Source: Akkermansia muciniphila
Lineage (GTDB): Bacteria > Verrucomicrobiota > Verrucomicrobiia > Limisphaerales > UBA11320
Assembly: GCA_945861575.1 (NCBI GenBank)
Contig: CAMAVD010000002.1
Span: 6,667-70,666 of the forward strand
Direction: 5' to 3'
Length of the DNA stretch: 64,000 nt
Shown here: one piece after another, positions 8,472 through 18,771 of the stretch
Layout: each line of letters starts with the position of its first letter
Position numbering within the stretch: the stretch's first letter is position 1
Notes under the pieces: model-generated
What the model was told of the DNA's origin: nothing
The model's input: only the letters and a program-made list of their open reading frames with translations
Databases searched by the model: none
Translations under genes and position numbers: made by a program

Positions 8472-11400
8472 ATGCATTCGCCTCCGACACAGTGGTCAAT
8501 CGCACACCTCCTTCTTCTCACAGGAGTCCTCTGCCTTATCCATGAGCCAATCGTGCGCGCGGCGGAGACCACGGGAACGCTCGGTTACAATCGAGACATC
8601 CGCCCCATCCTTTCCGACCACTGCTTCGCCTGCCATGGTCCCGACGCCACGCAACGCAAGGGAGGCCTGAGACTGGATCAGCGCCAGGAGGCGCTTCGCC
8701 CGGCCAAGTCGGGAAGACCGGCGATCGTCCCTGGCCGTCCGGACGAGAGCCGACTGCTGGAAAAAATCCACGCGAAGGAATCGGACGACCTCATGCCTCC
8801 GACGGAGACCCAAAAGCCGCTCACCGATCGACAAAAGGAGCTGCTGCGCCGTTGGGTCGTTGAAGGGGCGCGTTATGAGTCTCACTGGGCGTTTGCGCTT
8901 CCAAGCCGACCGAAGCCACCCCCCATACGCAAACGCCGATGGACGCGCAACGAAATCGACTACTTCATTCTAGCTCGGCTCGAGGACGAGGGACTCAGCC
9001 CTTCACCGGAAGCAGATCGGAGCACTCTCATTCGACGCCTCTCGCTCGACCTCACCGGGCTGCCCCCCAGTCCCGGGGAGATCGATATGTTCCTAAGCGA
9101 TCGCTCGCCTAAAGCTTATGAACGTGTGGTGGACCGCCTGCTAGGCTCCGTCCACTACGGGGAGCGGATGGCGGTCGACTGGCTGGACGCAGCCCGCTTC
9201 GCCGACACCAACGGGTATCAGGTTGACCGCGACCGCGAAGCATATGGCTGGCGTGACTGGGTCATCCAGGCCTTCAACAGCAACAAACCCTTCGACGTAT
9301 TCACACTCGAGCAACTCGCGGGCGACCTGCTCCCGAACGCCAGCCTGGATCAACGGATCGCCACCGGATTCCACCGCAATCACATGGTCAACGAGGAAGG
9401 CGGAATCATCCCGGAAGAATTCCTGGCTGAATACTGTGCCGATCGGGTCGAAACCACCGCCACCGTCTGGCTCGCGCAAACCTTCAATTGCACTCGCTGC
9501 CACGATCACAAGTTCGACCCCTTCACCCAGCGTGATTTCTATGGATTGTATGCCTTCTTCCACAACGTCACGGAGAAGGGTGTCGGGGACTACTCTGCCA
9601 ACATTCGCCGCAACAACCCTCCTTTTCTCCAACTCCCCGCACCTGAGGCCGAAGCAAGGCTTGCCCGTATCAAGAGGGATCACGCGGACACTCAGCGTCA
9701 AGCGCAAGCACTGAGCGCGGCGCTCGCCGCGTCCCAACCTGCCTGGGAGGACCGCGTGCTGCGAACTTCGATCCCCTGGGCTCAGGCACTCCTGAAGTCC
9801 GCCCTTTTAAATTCCAACGCGCTGGGAATCGCGAAAGACGGCATGCGGTTGACGGTCCCGCCGCTTCCAAAAGGGCGCCATGCGCTCAGCCTTACCCTTT
9901 CGCCAAACACATCCAACGCCACCGCCCTGCGCATCGATCTAAGTCATTCCAACCTGGCGGTGGGCGGGATAACCATTCCTCTGACTGCGATATCCCTCCG
10001 TCGCCGGACGGCAATAGCGCCCGAAGGCATTCAGACAAACTGGACCCTGCATGCGGCCGAAGTTCCTGGGTCCATCCCCGCCACCGAGGCAGCCATCGCT
10101 CTGGATCTGAAAGCAAAACAGTCGGTAAAGCTCACCGCCGCACAGAACACAGCAAGCCCTCTGATCTACCGACTGGAGCCCACAACAAACACTGCAAGCC
10201 TACCCCTTCAGCTGGACTTCATCGTTCCAACCGACAGTGATATTCCCGCCATCGACATCACGCTGAGCTTCACCGATGTCCCTCCGGAACAGCTGCCGCC
10301 AAACTCCGTTCGATCCACGCTCGCCAAAGAGAAAGCCCATCGCACACCCGAAGAGGTCAAACAGTTGACCGACTTCCGCCTAGCGATGTCCGTCGAAAAC
10401 GTGCTGCTATCTCGCCGCCTGGACCTACTCTCCCGCCAGATTGATGTGGCGGACCTGCAGATCCCCACGGCACTGGTGATGCAGGAGATGGCCGCCCCCC
10501 GCCCAACGCATATTCTCATCCGCGGTGCCTATGACAGGAAAGGGGCGACCGTCACTGCCCAAACCCCGGCCTCGCTGCCCTCCATGGCCGAGGAGCTCCC
10601 GCGCAATCGGCTGGGGCTGGCCCGATGGCTGACCGACCCGGCCAATCCCCTGACCGCACGAGTGGCGGTCAACCGCTTCTGGCAGTCTCTCTACGGTGTG
10701 GGTCTTGTGGCTACCTCGGAGGATTTCGGAACGAAAGGTGAGCCGCCCAGCCACCCTGAGCTCCTGGACTGGCTCGCCGCTGAGTTCGTGAGCTCGGGTT
10801 GGGACGTCAAAGCTCTGATGAGACTGCTGGTGACCAGCGCCACCTATCGACAAAGCTCACGACTCACGCCCGAACTACGGGCGCGCGACCCGCAGAACAG
10901 GCTCTTGGCACGCGGGCCCCGGTTCAGGCTGCAGGCGGAATTTGTGCGCGATCAGGCACTTGCTGCGGCGGGACTCCTTGTACGCAAGATAGGCGGGCCT
11001 TCGGTGAAGCCCTATCATCCCCCCGGACTCTACGAGCAGGTGGTCGCCGGAAGCAGCGCGAGCAGCTACGTCGAAGGCCAAGGTGACGACCTTCATCGAC
11101 GCAGCCTTTACACCTACTGGAAGCGATCCGTCCCCAACCCCGCGATGCTGCTGTTCGACGCGCCCTTCCGCGAGAGCTGCACCGTCAGGCGCCCTCGGAC
11201 CAACACACCGCTCCAAGCCCTCAATCTCCTGAACGATCCCACCTTTCTGGAAGCCGCTCGAGGGCTAGCCCAGCGAGCCATGCACGAAGGGGGCGACCGC
11301 GCAGACACTCGATTGTCCTACGCCTTTCGCCTGGCCACATGCCGACCGCCCCGCGAGGCAGAACTATCCGTTCTGCGAAAGGCCCTCGCTCGGTCCCTGG

Positions 11401-11552
11401 GGGAATTCTCCAGGGACGCCGAAACCGCCAGCCAGCTGTTGAAGATAGGTGCCACAGCCCCCGACCCCTCATTGGATCCCGTGCAGTTGGCCGCCTTCAC
11501 GACCGTGGCCAGCACCCTTCTCAATCTCGACGAGGTCCTCACCAAGGAATAG
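8472..11552 (+). CDS. PSCyt/DUF1549/DUF1553 (PSD1-type) protein with N-terminal CxxCH
   Basis: 1026 aa. Signal peptide, CFACHGPD heme motif and domain order typical of the planctomycete cytochrome C / DUF1549 / DUF1553 family. Followed 5 nt later by a DUF1501 gene, the canonical partner. Confidence 0.85.
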   Translation: MHSPPTQWSIAHLLLLTGVLCLIHEPIVRAAETTGTLGYNRDIRPILSDHCFACHGPDATQRKGGLRLDQRQEALRPAKSGRPAIVPGRPDESRLLEKIHAKESDDLMPPTETQKPLTDRQKELLRRWVVEGARYESHWAFALPSRPKPPPIRKRRWTRNEIDYFILARLEDEGLSPSPEADRSTLIRRLSLDLTGLPPSPGEIDMFLSDRSPKAYERVVDRLLGSVHYGERMAVDWLDAARFADTNGYQVDRDREAYGWRDWVIQAFNSNKPFDVFTLEQLAGDLLPNASLDQRIATGFHRNHMVNEEGGIIPEEFLAEYCADRVETTATVWLAQTFNCTRCHDHKFDPFTQRDFYGLYAFFHNVTEKGVGDYSANIRRNNPPFLQLPAPEAEARLARIKRDHADTQRQAQALSAALAASQPAWEDRVLRTSIPWAQALLKSALLNSNALGIAKDGMRLTVPPLPKGRHALSLTLSPNTSNATALRIDLSHSNLAVGGITIPLTAISLRRRTAIAPEGIQTNWTLHAAEVPGSIPATEAAIALDLKAKQSVKLTAAQNTASPLIYRLEPTTNTASLPLQLDFIVPTDSDIPAIDITLSFTDVPPEQLPPNSVRSTLAKEKAHRTPEEVKQLTDFRLAMSVENVLLSRRLDLLSRQIDVADLQIPTALVMQEMAAPRPTHILIRGAYDRKGATVTAQTPASLPSMAEELPRNRLGLARWLTDPANPLTARVAVNRFWQSLYGVGLVATSEDFGTKGEPPSHPELLDWLAAEFVSSGWDVKALMRLLVTSATYRQSSRLTPELRARDPQNRLLARGPRFRLQAEFVRDQALAAAGLLVRKIGGPSVKPYHPPGLYEQVVAGSSASSYVEGQGDDLHRRSLYTYWKRSVPNPAMLLFDAPFRESCTVRRPRTNTPLQALNLLNDPTFLEAARGLAQRAMHEGGDRADTRLSYAFRLATCRPPREAELSVLRKALARSLGEFSRDAETASQLLKIGATAPDPSLDPVQLAAFTTVASTLLNLDEVLTKE

Positions 11553-11556
11553 TAGT

Positions 11557-12999
11557 ATGATCTCCATCGAATCCCTCCTGTGCGCACGTCGGCAGTTCCT
11601 TAGCCGTCTCTCGGGAGGCGTAGGCATGGCGGCGCTGGCTTCGCTCATCAACCCCCGACCAGCATCAGGCACGGCCCCGGAGCAGCCCGTTCTCACGTCG
11701 CATTTCGCCCCTAAGGCCCGCCGCGTGATCTGGCTCACGCAGGCGGGCGCGCCCTCGCAATTGGAACTCTTCGACTACAAGCCAGGGCTCAAGGAGCGTT
11801 TCGATCAGGACGTTCCCGCCTCGGTGCGGGGCACTCAGCGCTTGACGGGGATGACCTCCGGGCAAGCACGCTTTCCAGTCGCTCCATCCGTTTACACTTT
11901 TCGTCAACACGGCCGGTCAGGCCTATGGCTCAGCGAGCTGCTGCCCCATCTGTCGCGCCATGCCGACGACATCTGTGTGGTGCGCTCGCTTCATACCGAC
12001 GCCATCAACCACGATCCGGCGATGACCCTGCTCCAAACGGGTCACGCCATCGCAGGCCGACCCTCCTTCGGCGCCTGGATGTCCTACGGCTTGGGATCGG
12101 AGAATGCGAATCTGCCCGCCTTCGTGGTGATGATCTCACGTCCGAGCGGCCCGACCAACGCGCAGCCTCTGCACGAGCGCATGTGGGGATCCGGCTTTCT
12201 GCCCTCTCGCTATCAGGGTGTCCGCTTCAGCCCCGGCAAGGATCCGGTTCTCTTTCTCTCCGACCCGGCAGGCATGACGCGGGACAGACGCCGAGCCATG
12301 CTGAATGATCTTTCCGCCTTGAACCGTATGAAAGCGCGTGACTGGCAGGATCCCGAAACGGAAGCACGCATCGATCAGTATGAGATGGCTTTCCGGATGC
12401 AGTCCGCCGTTCCGGAACTGGCCGACCTCTCCCGTGAGCCCGCCTCGATCTTCGAAAGCTACGGACCGGAGTCCCGAAAGCCCGGCAGCTTCGCAGCAAA
12501 CTGTATTCTAGCCAGGCGTCTTGCCGAACGAGGGGTGAGATTCATTCAGCTCTACCATCGAGGCTGGGATCAGCACGACAATCTCCCCAGCGGGATTAAG
12601 AGCCAGTGCTACGACACCGATCAACCCAGTGCCGCACTGCTGTCGGATCTGAAGTCACGAGGGTTGCTGGACGATACCCTGATCGTCTGGGGTGGAGAAT
12701 TCGGCCGCACCGTTTTTTCTCAAGGGCGTCTCACAAAAGAGAACTACGGCCGGGATCATCACCCACGCTGCTTCAGCGTGTGGCTTGCTGGGGCAGGCAT
12801 TCGCGGCGGGTTGACCTACGGTCAGACTGACGACTATTCCTACAACATCGTCGAAAACCCCGTGGAAATCCATGACCTCAATGCGACCATGCTTCACTTG
12901 TTGGGCCTGGAGCACAAGCGCCTCACCTATCGACATCAGGGACGTGACTACCGCCTGACCGATGTGCATGGGAATCTGATCCGGGACCTTCTCACCTAA
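11557..12999 (+). CDS. DUF1501 family protein (sulfatase-like fold), Tat signal
   Basis: ATG at 11557 with RRQFLSRLSGGVGMAALASL leader. DUF1501-like motifs TQRLTGMTSG, VRSLHTD, GWDQHDNL, GGEFGRT and GRDHHP. Confidence 0.85.
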   Translation: MISIESLLCARRQFLSRLSGGVGMAALASLINPRPASGTAPEQPVLTSHFAPKARRVIWLTQAGAPSQLELFDYKPGLKERFDQDVPASVRGTQRLTGMTSGQARFPVAPSVYTFRQHGRSGLWLSELLPHLSRHADDICVVRSLHTDAINHDPAMTLLQTGHAIAGRPSFGAWMSYGLGSENANLPAFVVMISRPSGPTNAQPLHERMWGSGFLPSRYQGVRFSPGKDPVLFLSDPAGMTRDRRRAMLNDLSALNRMKARDWQDPETEARIDQYEMAFRMQSAVPELADLSREPASIFESYGPESRKPGSFAANCILARRLAERGVRFIQLYHRGWDQHDNLPSGIKSQCYDTDQPSAALLSDLKSRGLLDDTLIVWGGEFGRTVFSQGRLTKENYGRDHHPRCFSVWLAGAGIRGGLTYGQTDDYSYNIVENPVEIHDLNATMLHLLGLEHKRLTYRHQGRDYRLTDVHGNLIRDLLT

Positions 13000-13186
13000 T
13001 TGAGGAGGAGGTTCACCAAACGAGATAGGGTCAGAAGGCATGAACGGACAGGGAGTTGCAAAAGTCACCGACCTCCTTGTCGCTTGCACTCGACGCCTCG
13101 TTGTGACTAGAAGAGGCTTGTGAATCCACCCGTAGACGGCGTTTCCCTCGGAGAGACATGCCGAGCCCTCAAGCATCCATCGCCCA

Positions 13187-13549
13187 ATGAATCGCATCGA
13201 TCACTCCATCAGCCTGCACCCCTACTTCAAGATCCGTCCCGGAAAGACGGACGAGGTCAAATCACTCCTGAGGGAGTTCGTCACCCGGACGGCGACCGAG
13301 CTACAGGTGCTCTACTATGAATTCACATTGAGCGACGACATCGTGTTTTGCCGCGAAGCCTACAGCGATGCGGAGGGTGCCTTGGCCCACCTTGCCAATG
13401 TGGGCGACTTGCTCAGCCGAATGCTAACTCTGTGCGACATTGTCCGCCTGGAGATCCACGGGCCTTCGACCGAGCTGGAGAAGCTCAAGGGTCCCGTTGG
13501 AAACCTGAATCCTGTTTGGTTTGCCTATGAGTGTGGCATACGGGCTTGA
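13187..13549 (+). CDS. Small ABM/Dabb-like (ferredoxin-fold) protein
   Basis: 120-aa ORF. The pattern HPYFKIRPGK...FCREAYSDAEGALAHL resembles antibiotic-biosynthesis-monooxygenase-like domains. Family assignment is tentative. Confidence 0.5.
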   Translation: MNRIDHSISLHPYFKIRPGKTDEVKSLLREFVTRTATELQVLYYEFTLSDDIVFCREAYSDAEGALAHLANVGDLLSRMLTLCDIVRLEIHGPSTELEKLKGPVGNLNPVWFAYECGIRA

Positions 13550-13641
13550 CTAGGGCGGCCCCGGAACCCTTGGGTGCAGGTTTCACCCCATACCCAGAAT
13601 GCCTCCGTCCCAACAAATATCCTCCCCACCCTTTGTGCGCC

Positions 13642-14121
13642 ATGAATCTGACACATCTCCATCTCATGCTGAACCACCTGCCCGTGCTCGGCATTCCCTT
13701 CGGGTTTGGCCTGCTCCTTTACGGAGTCTTCAAGAAGAGCGAGGAGCTTAAGAGGACCGCCTTGGGTACTCTGGTGATCATCGCGGTGCTCACGATTCCA
13801 GCCTACCTCACCGGAGAGTCGGCGGAGGAGGCTGTGAAATCGCTTCCGGGCGTGGAGGAACCCTTCATCGAGAAACACGACGACGCGGCTGCCATCGCAT
13901 TTACCGCCTTGCTCGCGCTAGGCGTGACGGCCTTTGTTGGACTGATTCGCTTTCGGGGCGCGAGAACCCTCCCCTCCTGGTTCACCCATCTAGTGCTAGC
14001 GACCTCCGTCGTCGTCGGCGGGCTCATGGCCTGGACTGCCAATCTGGGCGGTCAGATCCGGCATACTGAAATTCGTCCCGGGGCCGTGCTTCCCGCCACA
14101 AGGGATACCAAGGATCACTAA
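13642..14121 (+). CDS. Integral membrane protein (about 4 TM helices), unknown function
   Basis: Internal ATG at 13642 (MNLTHLHLMLNHLPVLGIPFGFGLLLYG) gives a coherent multi-TM protein. The upstream part of the track ORF overlaps the previous gene. Confidence 0.6.
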   Translation: MNLTHLHLMLNHLPVLGIPFGFGLLLYGVFKKSEELKRTALGTLVIIAVLTIPAYLTGESAEEAVKSLPGVEEPFIEKHDDAAAIAFTALLALGVTAFVGLIRFRGARTLPSWFTHLVLATSVVVGGLMAWTANLGGQIRHTEIRPGAVLPATRDTKDH

Positions 14122-14208
14122 GGGATGGACAAACTCTGCGAAGCAGCTCTCCATGCCTTTCTCTAGACTCCCCATCCAGTTCAGCCACAAAACCTCACTA
14201 CACTGCCT

Positions 14209-15186
14209 ATGAGCCCGCGATCATTGAAAAAGCCCACCCAAAAAAAGCGAAAAGCGAAGTCACCAACCGAGCAGACTCGGCTATCGACACTACTCACCAC
14301 CACAGACTTCTCGAAGGAATCGCTCGTTGGGGTTCGATACGCAATGCGCCTTGGCAAGAGGCTGCGGGCCTCGGTAGTGCTCCTGCATGTTGTCGAAACG
14401 CAGCCCACGCTGCCCGGGGCGGAAACCGTTGGCCTGGACCGCATCGCGCCAAACCGTGCGGCCCTTGCTGAGAAGCAACTGCAGACCCTTGCCCGTAAGG
14501 AAGGCAGGGGTGTCATAAAGATTTCCACCCTCGTTCGGTCAGGCAAACCCTTCAATGAGATCGGTATCGCGGCTGCGGAAGTCATCGCCGACTTGATCGT
14601 GATTGCAACACACGGGCACACAGGCATTCAGCGCGCCTGGCTGGGAAGCACTGCCGAGCGAGTCGTGCGCCACGCCCCCTGCCCCGTACTTACAGTGCCC
14701 GCAAACAATCCATTCCAAACCACAAGCAACGCTCCCCCCCTAGGCCTCAAGAAAATTCTGGTGCCGATCGATTTCTCTCAGCTCTCCCAAGACGCGCTGC
14801 CTTACGCTCTTCAGGTCGCGGCGGACTTTGACGCGGAAATCACCTTGGTCCACGTTGTTCAGCTGTTTCCCATCGACCGTCTGCTGGGTGCGGAAATGAC
14901 TCACCAAGCGTTGATTCCCAGCATCAAGCAGGCGGAGGCAGATTTGCAAAAGATGGCGGCAGAACTCCGCGCTTCAACGGGCATCCCAACGAGTGTTTCG
15001 GTCCTGACGGGCACTCCACATAGTGCCTTGTGCGAGGCTGCGCGGTCTCTCGAAGCGGATTTGGTCATCCTCACAACCCATGGCTACACCGGCCTGAATC
15101 GCTTCTGGCTCGGCAGCACCGCGGAACGCGTCATACGACAAGCCCCCTGTCCTGTGCTAGCGGTACGCGGCCTCGCCACTACTTAA
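14209..15186 (+). CDS. Tandem universal stress protein (two UspA domains)
   Basis: Two repeats end in ATHGHTGIQRAWLGSTAERVVRHAPCPVLTV and TTHGYTGLNRFWLGSTAERVIRQAPCPVLAV, classic Usp ATP-binding ends. Confidence 0.85.
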   Translation: MSPRSLKKPTQKKRKAKSPTEQTRLSTLLTTTDFSKESLVGVRYAMRLGKRLRASVVLLHVVETQPTLPGAETVGLDRIAPNRAALAEKQLQTLARKEGRGVIKISTLVRSGKPFNEIGIAAAEVIADLIVIATHGHTGIQRAWLGSTAERVVRHAPCPVLTVPANNPFQTTSNAPPLGLKKILVPIDFSQLSQDALPYALQVAADFDAEITLVHVVQLFPIDRLLGAEMTHQALIPSIKQAEADLQKMAAELRASTGIPTSVSVLTGTPHSALCEAARSLEADLVILTTHGYTGLNRFWLGSTAERVIRQAPCPVLAVRGLATT

Positions 15187-15187
15187 C

Positions 15188-15492
15188 AGCGAGCAGGTGG
15201 AAGCAACCCTGAAGCGCGTCAGCGCTGAGTTTCGCACTAAAAAGAAATGAGCGGCTAGTTCGTCGCACCAGAGGCACAGGACGATTTGCTGGTCGTTTGG
15301 CGGCGCTATGCCGAAGAGGTGGGCGACCCGGATTTAGCCGACCGTATGGTCGGCGAGATAGTCACCGGGTTTCACAAGCTCGCACGCGTGCCGGGGATCG
15401 GGCATTCGCGCAAGGATCTGTGCGAAGAGCCGCTGCTATTCTGGACGGTGCGGAGTTACCTGATTATTTATCGCGGAGAAAAGCGTCCTTGA
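15188..15492 (+). pseudogene. Degraded ParD/ParE-type toxin-antitoxin remnant
   Basis: Only about 20 C-terminal codons of an antitoxin-like frame remain (..EQVEATLKRVSAEFRTKKK*). Its TGA overlaps ATG 15247 of a ParE/RelE-like frame reading MSG-TAG(15256-15258)-FVAPEAQDDLLVVWRRYAEEVG...SYLIIYRGEKRP. That frame has an in-frame amber at codon 4 and a short C-terminus. Confidence 0.6.
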
Positions 15493-15582
15493 ACGTTTTA
15501 GACACGCAATTTTAGGAATTCCCGCTCCTCACGGCTCAACGGCCAGCCTTTTCCGTTCCGAGGGCGTGACCGCGTTTAGTGG

Positions 15583-15683
15583 TGATAATGCTTAGCGATG
15601 TATCCGGCGTGGCCACATGCCTCGTGCGTGCCTGAGCAAAACCAGCGTGAAGGCCACGCCGGATACATCGCTAAGCATTATCA
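15583..15683. repeat. Perfect 32-bp inverted repeat with 37-nt spacer
   Basis: TGATAATGCTTAGCGATGTATCCGGCGTGGCC (15583-15614) is the exact reverse complement of 15652-15683. No flanking T-tract. Lies between two toxin-antitoxin remnants. Confidence 0.9.
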
Positions 15684-15783
15684 TGCGCGAAGGAGCAGCA
15701 GGGGAGCCAAGTCGATCCAACCTGGCTGTGTGAGTCGTTACCCTATTGCGTAAGGCTGTGTTTGCCTGGGATGCTATCCTCAT

Positions 15784-16041
15784 ATGGGAAGCACAGTCTC
15801 AACCGTCACCTCCAAGTATCAAGTCACCTTACCTGAGTATGTTCGGGAGAAGTTCCCGATTGCCATCGGGGAGAAAATTCAGTGGGAGGTTCAAGGCGAC
15901 CTGCTTGTCGGCAAGCGGCTGCCGTCGCTCGTGGACCTGGCTGGGTGCCTAAAGTCCCGCAAGGCTCCGGCTGCCGATGAGGACATCACCAAGGCATGGG
16001 CAGAATCTGCCAGAGCTCGCGATAAGCGCTCCAAGAACTGA
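15784..16041 (+). CDS. AbrB/SpoVT-family antitoxin (VapB-like)
   Basis: 85 aa. SKYQVTLPEYVREKFPIAIGEKIQW matches the SpoVT/AbrB swapped-hairpin motif. The stop overlaps the stub of a PIN gene. Confidence 0.75.
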   Translation: MGSTVSTVTSKYQVTLPEYVREKFPIAIGEKIQWEVQGDLLVGKRLPSLVDLAGCLKSRKAPAADEDITKAWAESARARDKRSKN

Positions 16042-16121
16042 AGCGCCTCATCCTCGATACCAATGTCATGGTCCGCTTCCTAGTACAGGACCATCCAAGA
16101 AGCTGCACCGGGCAGCCCTGA
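16038..16121 (+). pseudogene. PIN-domain (VapC) toxin N-terminal stub
   Basis: Frame LKRLILDTNVMVRFLVQDHP carries the PIN first-Asp motif but stops after 27 codons. It starts at CTG where an ATGA overlap would be expected. Confidence 0.55.
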
Positions 16122-16327
16122 ATCATTTCTTTGATTCTCAGGTGAAACGTCACGCCGTGGTCCTGAACCCGGTCAGCTCCGTGCAAAACGAAAAGCATTC
16201 GGTTGATGAGGACGGAAGAACCCCGGAAATCCCGGTAAAGGATGCCAAGAAGCTTTTTGGGTCCCCGCGCTGCGGGCGGGTGGAGTTCTTCGTTGATGGG
16301 ATTGGGGAGGAGTTTAGACCACGATGA
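16115..16327 (+). pseudogene. Tyrosine recombinase/integrase N-terminal (SAM-like) fragment
   Basis: Frame FFDSQVKRHAVVLNPVSSVQNEKHSVDEDGRTPEIPVKDAKKLF resembles the core-binding region of phage/ICE integrases. No catalytic domain follows. Confidence 0.45.
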
Positions 16328-16475
16328 TGCCGCCTAACTCCCCCTCGCCGCTCTAGCGACCGCCAACGCTCTTCAAGATCGAGACAGATGCCCACCGGTG
16401 ATTCAGCACGCTCCTGGTTTCCAGAAATGCTAGCTCCAAAGACCTCAAGAGATCGCACCGGATGGTGGGGACGCT

Positions 16476-17432
16476 CTAAAAAGCAGCGGCCAGACCCACG
16501 CGGACATACGCCGCAGAATCAAACTTCACCCGCTCGTCAATCCGGGTATAATCAATCTGGCGATGGATGGAGGACCCGCCTTCGGCCTCGACACTCAGCG
16601 TTTCAGTGATCTTGAAACCCAAGCCCGCGCCCAAGCGGATATCCCGATAGGTTCCGAGGGCGTCGTTATAGGCCGGGAGCGCTATCGAATCGCCAAGACC
16701 GTCCTTACTCCGGAATGTCATGGCGTTGACATTCACTCCCGCATAGAGCCGCCAGCGATCATCGATGCGATAGGTGAGTCGCGGCTTCGGATAGACCAAA
16801 CTGAGGTCGAATCGATCATTCATCCTCCAAATTAAGCCCACCACTGGCAGAACCGGCACATCGCTGTCCGGGTTCATCAGCAGTCCGAAAGCCCAGGTGA
16901 GCTTGGGGCTCGAGTTCCAGATGGCGGTCAGACCACCCGATACCCCGATATCATTGGAGCGGATATCCTCCAACTTGTAGAGGGTGGGACTCACAGTTGC
17001 TGAAATCGTCCAGCGATCGTTCAACCGCCGTCCCAGGCCTGTGCTGAAGCCGAGCGTATGGACATGATCAGGCACCGGAGTCCCTGCGAGGCTGTTCATG
17101 GTAAGGTTCTGGGATTGCAATCCCAGAGGGACCATCCATCCCTCGCCGAGCGAAACACGTCCGCCAATGCCCAAACCAAGACTAAATGCGTCACTTTTTT
17201 CGCGTTTCACCCCAAGGAATTTCGTACTTCCGCCTCCCGTGTAGGAGGCGTCCACCCAGGCATCTACGGTTCGGCGTGCCCCACCGGCATCGGCCTTGGA
17301 TGCCTGTTCAGGAGAATCGGCCACTTGCCCGCTCATCAAAGCGGGCACAAGGAGGGCTGAGAGCCACAAGAAGCGTTGGAGGTCAACACGAGGCGAAGCA
17401 AAATTCAGTCTGTTCATGAGTGTCAGTTTCAA
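16476..17432 (-). CDS. Outer-membrane beta-barrel protein
   Basis: 318 aa. Signal peptide, alternating amphipathic strands and a C-terminal ...VGLAAAF ending in Phe (OMP beta-signal). Confidence 0.65.
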   Translation of the reverse strand: MKLTLMNRLNFASPRVDLQRFLWLSALLVPALMSGQVADSPEQASKADAGGARRTVDAWVDASYTGGGSTKFLGVKREKSDAFSLGLGIGGRVSLGEGWMVPLGLQSQNLTMNSLAGTPVPDHVHTLGFSTGLGRRLNDRWTISATVSPTLYKLEDIRSNDIGVSGGLTAIWNSSPKLTWAFGLLMNPDSDVPVLPVVGLIWRMNDRFDLSLVYPKPRLTYRIDDRWRLYAGVNVNAMTFRSKDGLGDSIALPAYNDALGTYRDIRLGAGLGFKITETLSVEAEGGSSIHRQIDYTRIDERVKFDSAAYVRVGLAAAF

Positions 17433-17592
17433 TTCAGGAGGTACAGCAGCAAAGACGGATCAGTGATTCACAGCTCGGACCCACCCGTCAAGCCACAGCA
17501 ACAAAGTAGCGAAGATAGTGAAGATCCATAGACAGCCAAATATAGCTTCTAGGCATACTGAGGCAAGAAACATAGGCTTTCACTCTTGCTAT

Positions 17593-17610
17593 ACAGACAG
17601 ACCTGTCTGT
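17593..17610. promoter_or_regulatory. Palindrome ACAGACAG-AC-CTGTCTGT upstream of the OYE reductase (candidate operator)
   Basis: Perfect 8+2+8 inverted repeat 35-52 nt upstream of ATG 17645, in an AT-richer intergenic region. Confidence 0.3.
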
Positions 17611-17644
17611 TCTCTTTTAACTCAATCGCCTGAATATCATTCGT

Positions 17645-18730
17645 ATGCAAACAACCCTCTTCACTCCGCTACAACTCGGCTCTCTCCAAACCCCAAACCG
17701 AATCTTCCTGGCACCACTTACGCGCTGCCGTGCAGCGCAAGGGAATGTGCCCACTGAGCTGAATGCGGAATACTATCGGCAGCGAGCGACTGCAGGCCTG
17801 CTGATTTCCGAAGCCACCTCGGTCTCGCCGCGAGGCTTCGGGTATCCCAACACGCCGGGGATTTTTACCGAGGCGCAGGTGGAGGGTTGGAAGAAGGTCA
17901 CGGGCGCGGTACACGCAGCGGGCGGCAATATCTTCCTCCAACTCTGGCATGTCGGCCGGATCTCCCATCCGTCCTATCAGCCAGACGGAGGCTTGCCCGT
18001 GGCACCTTCCTCCATCAAACCGAGGGGAAAGATCTTCACCGGAACTGCCATGGAGGACTACGTCGCCCCAAGGGCTCTGGAAGCCTCGGAAATCCCAGGG
18101 GTGATCGCTGAATATGTCCACGGTGCCCACTGCGCCAAAAAGGCGGGGTTCGATGGCGTTGAGATTCACAATGCGAACGGATATCTGCTTGATCAGTTCC
18201 TCCGTGACGGAACGAATCAACGGACGGACTCCTATGGGGGGGCTGTCCAGAACCGAGCACGGCTGACCTTGGAGGTAACTCGCGCGGTGGTGGAAGTCTG
18301 GGGTGCGGATCGTGTTGGCATTCGATTATCCCCGGGAGGCGTATTCAACGACATGAAGGACTCGAACCCCCTACAGACTTTCGGACATGTGCTGCGTGAA
18401 TTGAGCCCAATGAACCTAGCCTACGCGCATGTCACACAGGTCACCGCACAGGATATCGCGCATGGTGCGACCTCAGGTATTGGACCCAAGGAACTGCGCC
18501 CCTACTACCCAGGGAGAATTGTAACCGCGGGAGGATTCACTCAGGAGAGTGGGAATCAGGCGCTTGCTGAGGGTTGGGCGGATGCCATTGCCTTCGGCGT
18601 CCCCTTCCTTTCAAACCCAGATCTTCCAGAGCGCTTTCGCCGAGGTGCGGCGCTCAACACACCGGATGAAGCCACCTTCTATGCGTCCGGACCGAAAGGC
18701 TACACGGATTATCCGACGTTGGCCCAATAA
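17645..18730 (+). CDS. NADH:flavin oxidoreductase / alkene reductase (Old Yellow Enzyme, NemA-like)
   Basis: 361 aa. LFTPLQLGSLQTPNRIFLAPLTRCRA, GFDGVEIHNANGYLLDQFL and RTDSYGG are canonical OYE motifs. Confidence 0.9.
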   Translation: MQTTLFTPLQLGSLQTPNRIFLAPLTRCRAAQGNVPTELNAEYYRQRATAGLLISEATSVSPRGFGYPNTPGIFTEAQVEGWKKVTGAVHAAGGNIFLQLWHVGRISHPSYQPDGGLPVAPSSIKPRGKIFTGTAMEDYVAPRALEASEIPGVIAEYVHGAHCAKKAGFDGVEIHNANGYLLDQFLRDGTNQRTDSYGGAVQNRARLTLEVTRAVVEVWGADRVGIRLSPGGVFNDMKDSNPLQTFGHVLRELSPMNLAYAHVTQVTAQDIAHGATSGIGPKELRPYYPGRIVTAGGFTQESGNQALAEGWADAIAFGVPFLSNPDLPERFRRGAALNTPDEATFYASGPKGYTDYPTLAQ

Positions 18731-18771
18731 TCCACTCTCCAACAATCACCCACACTCCGCCTCACAAAACC

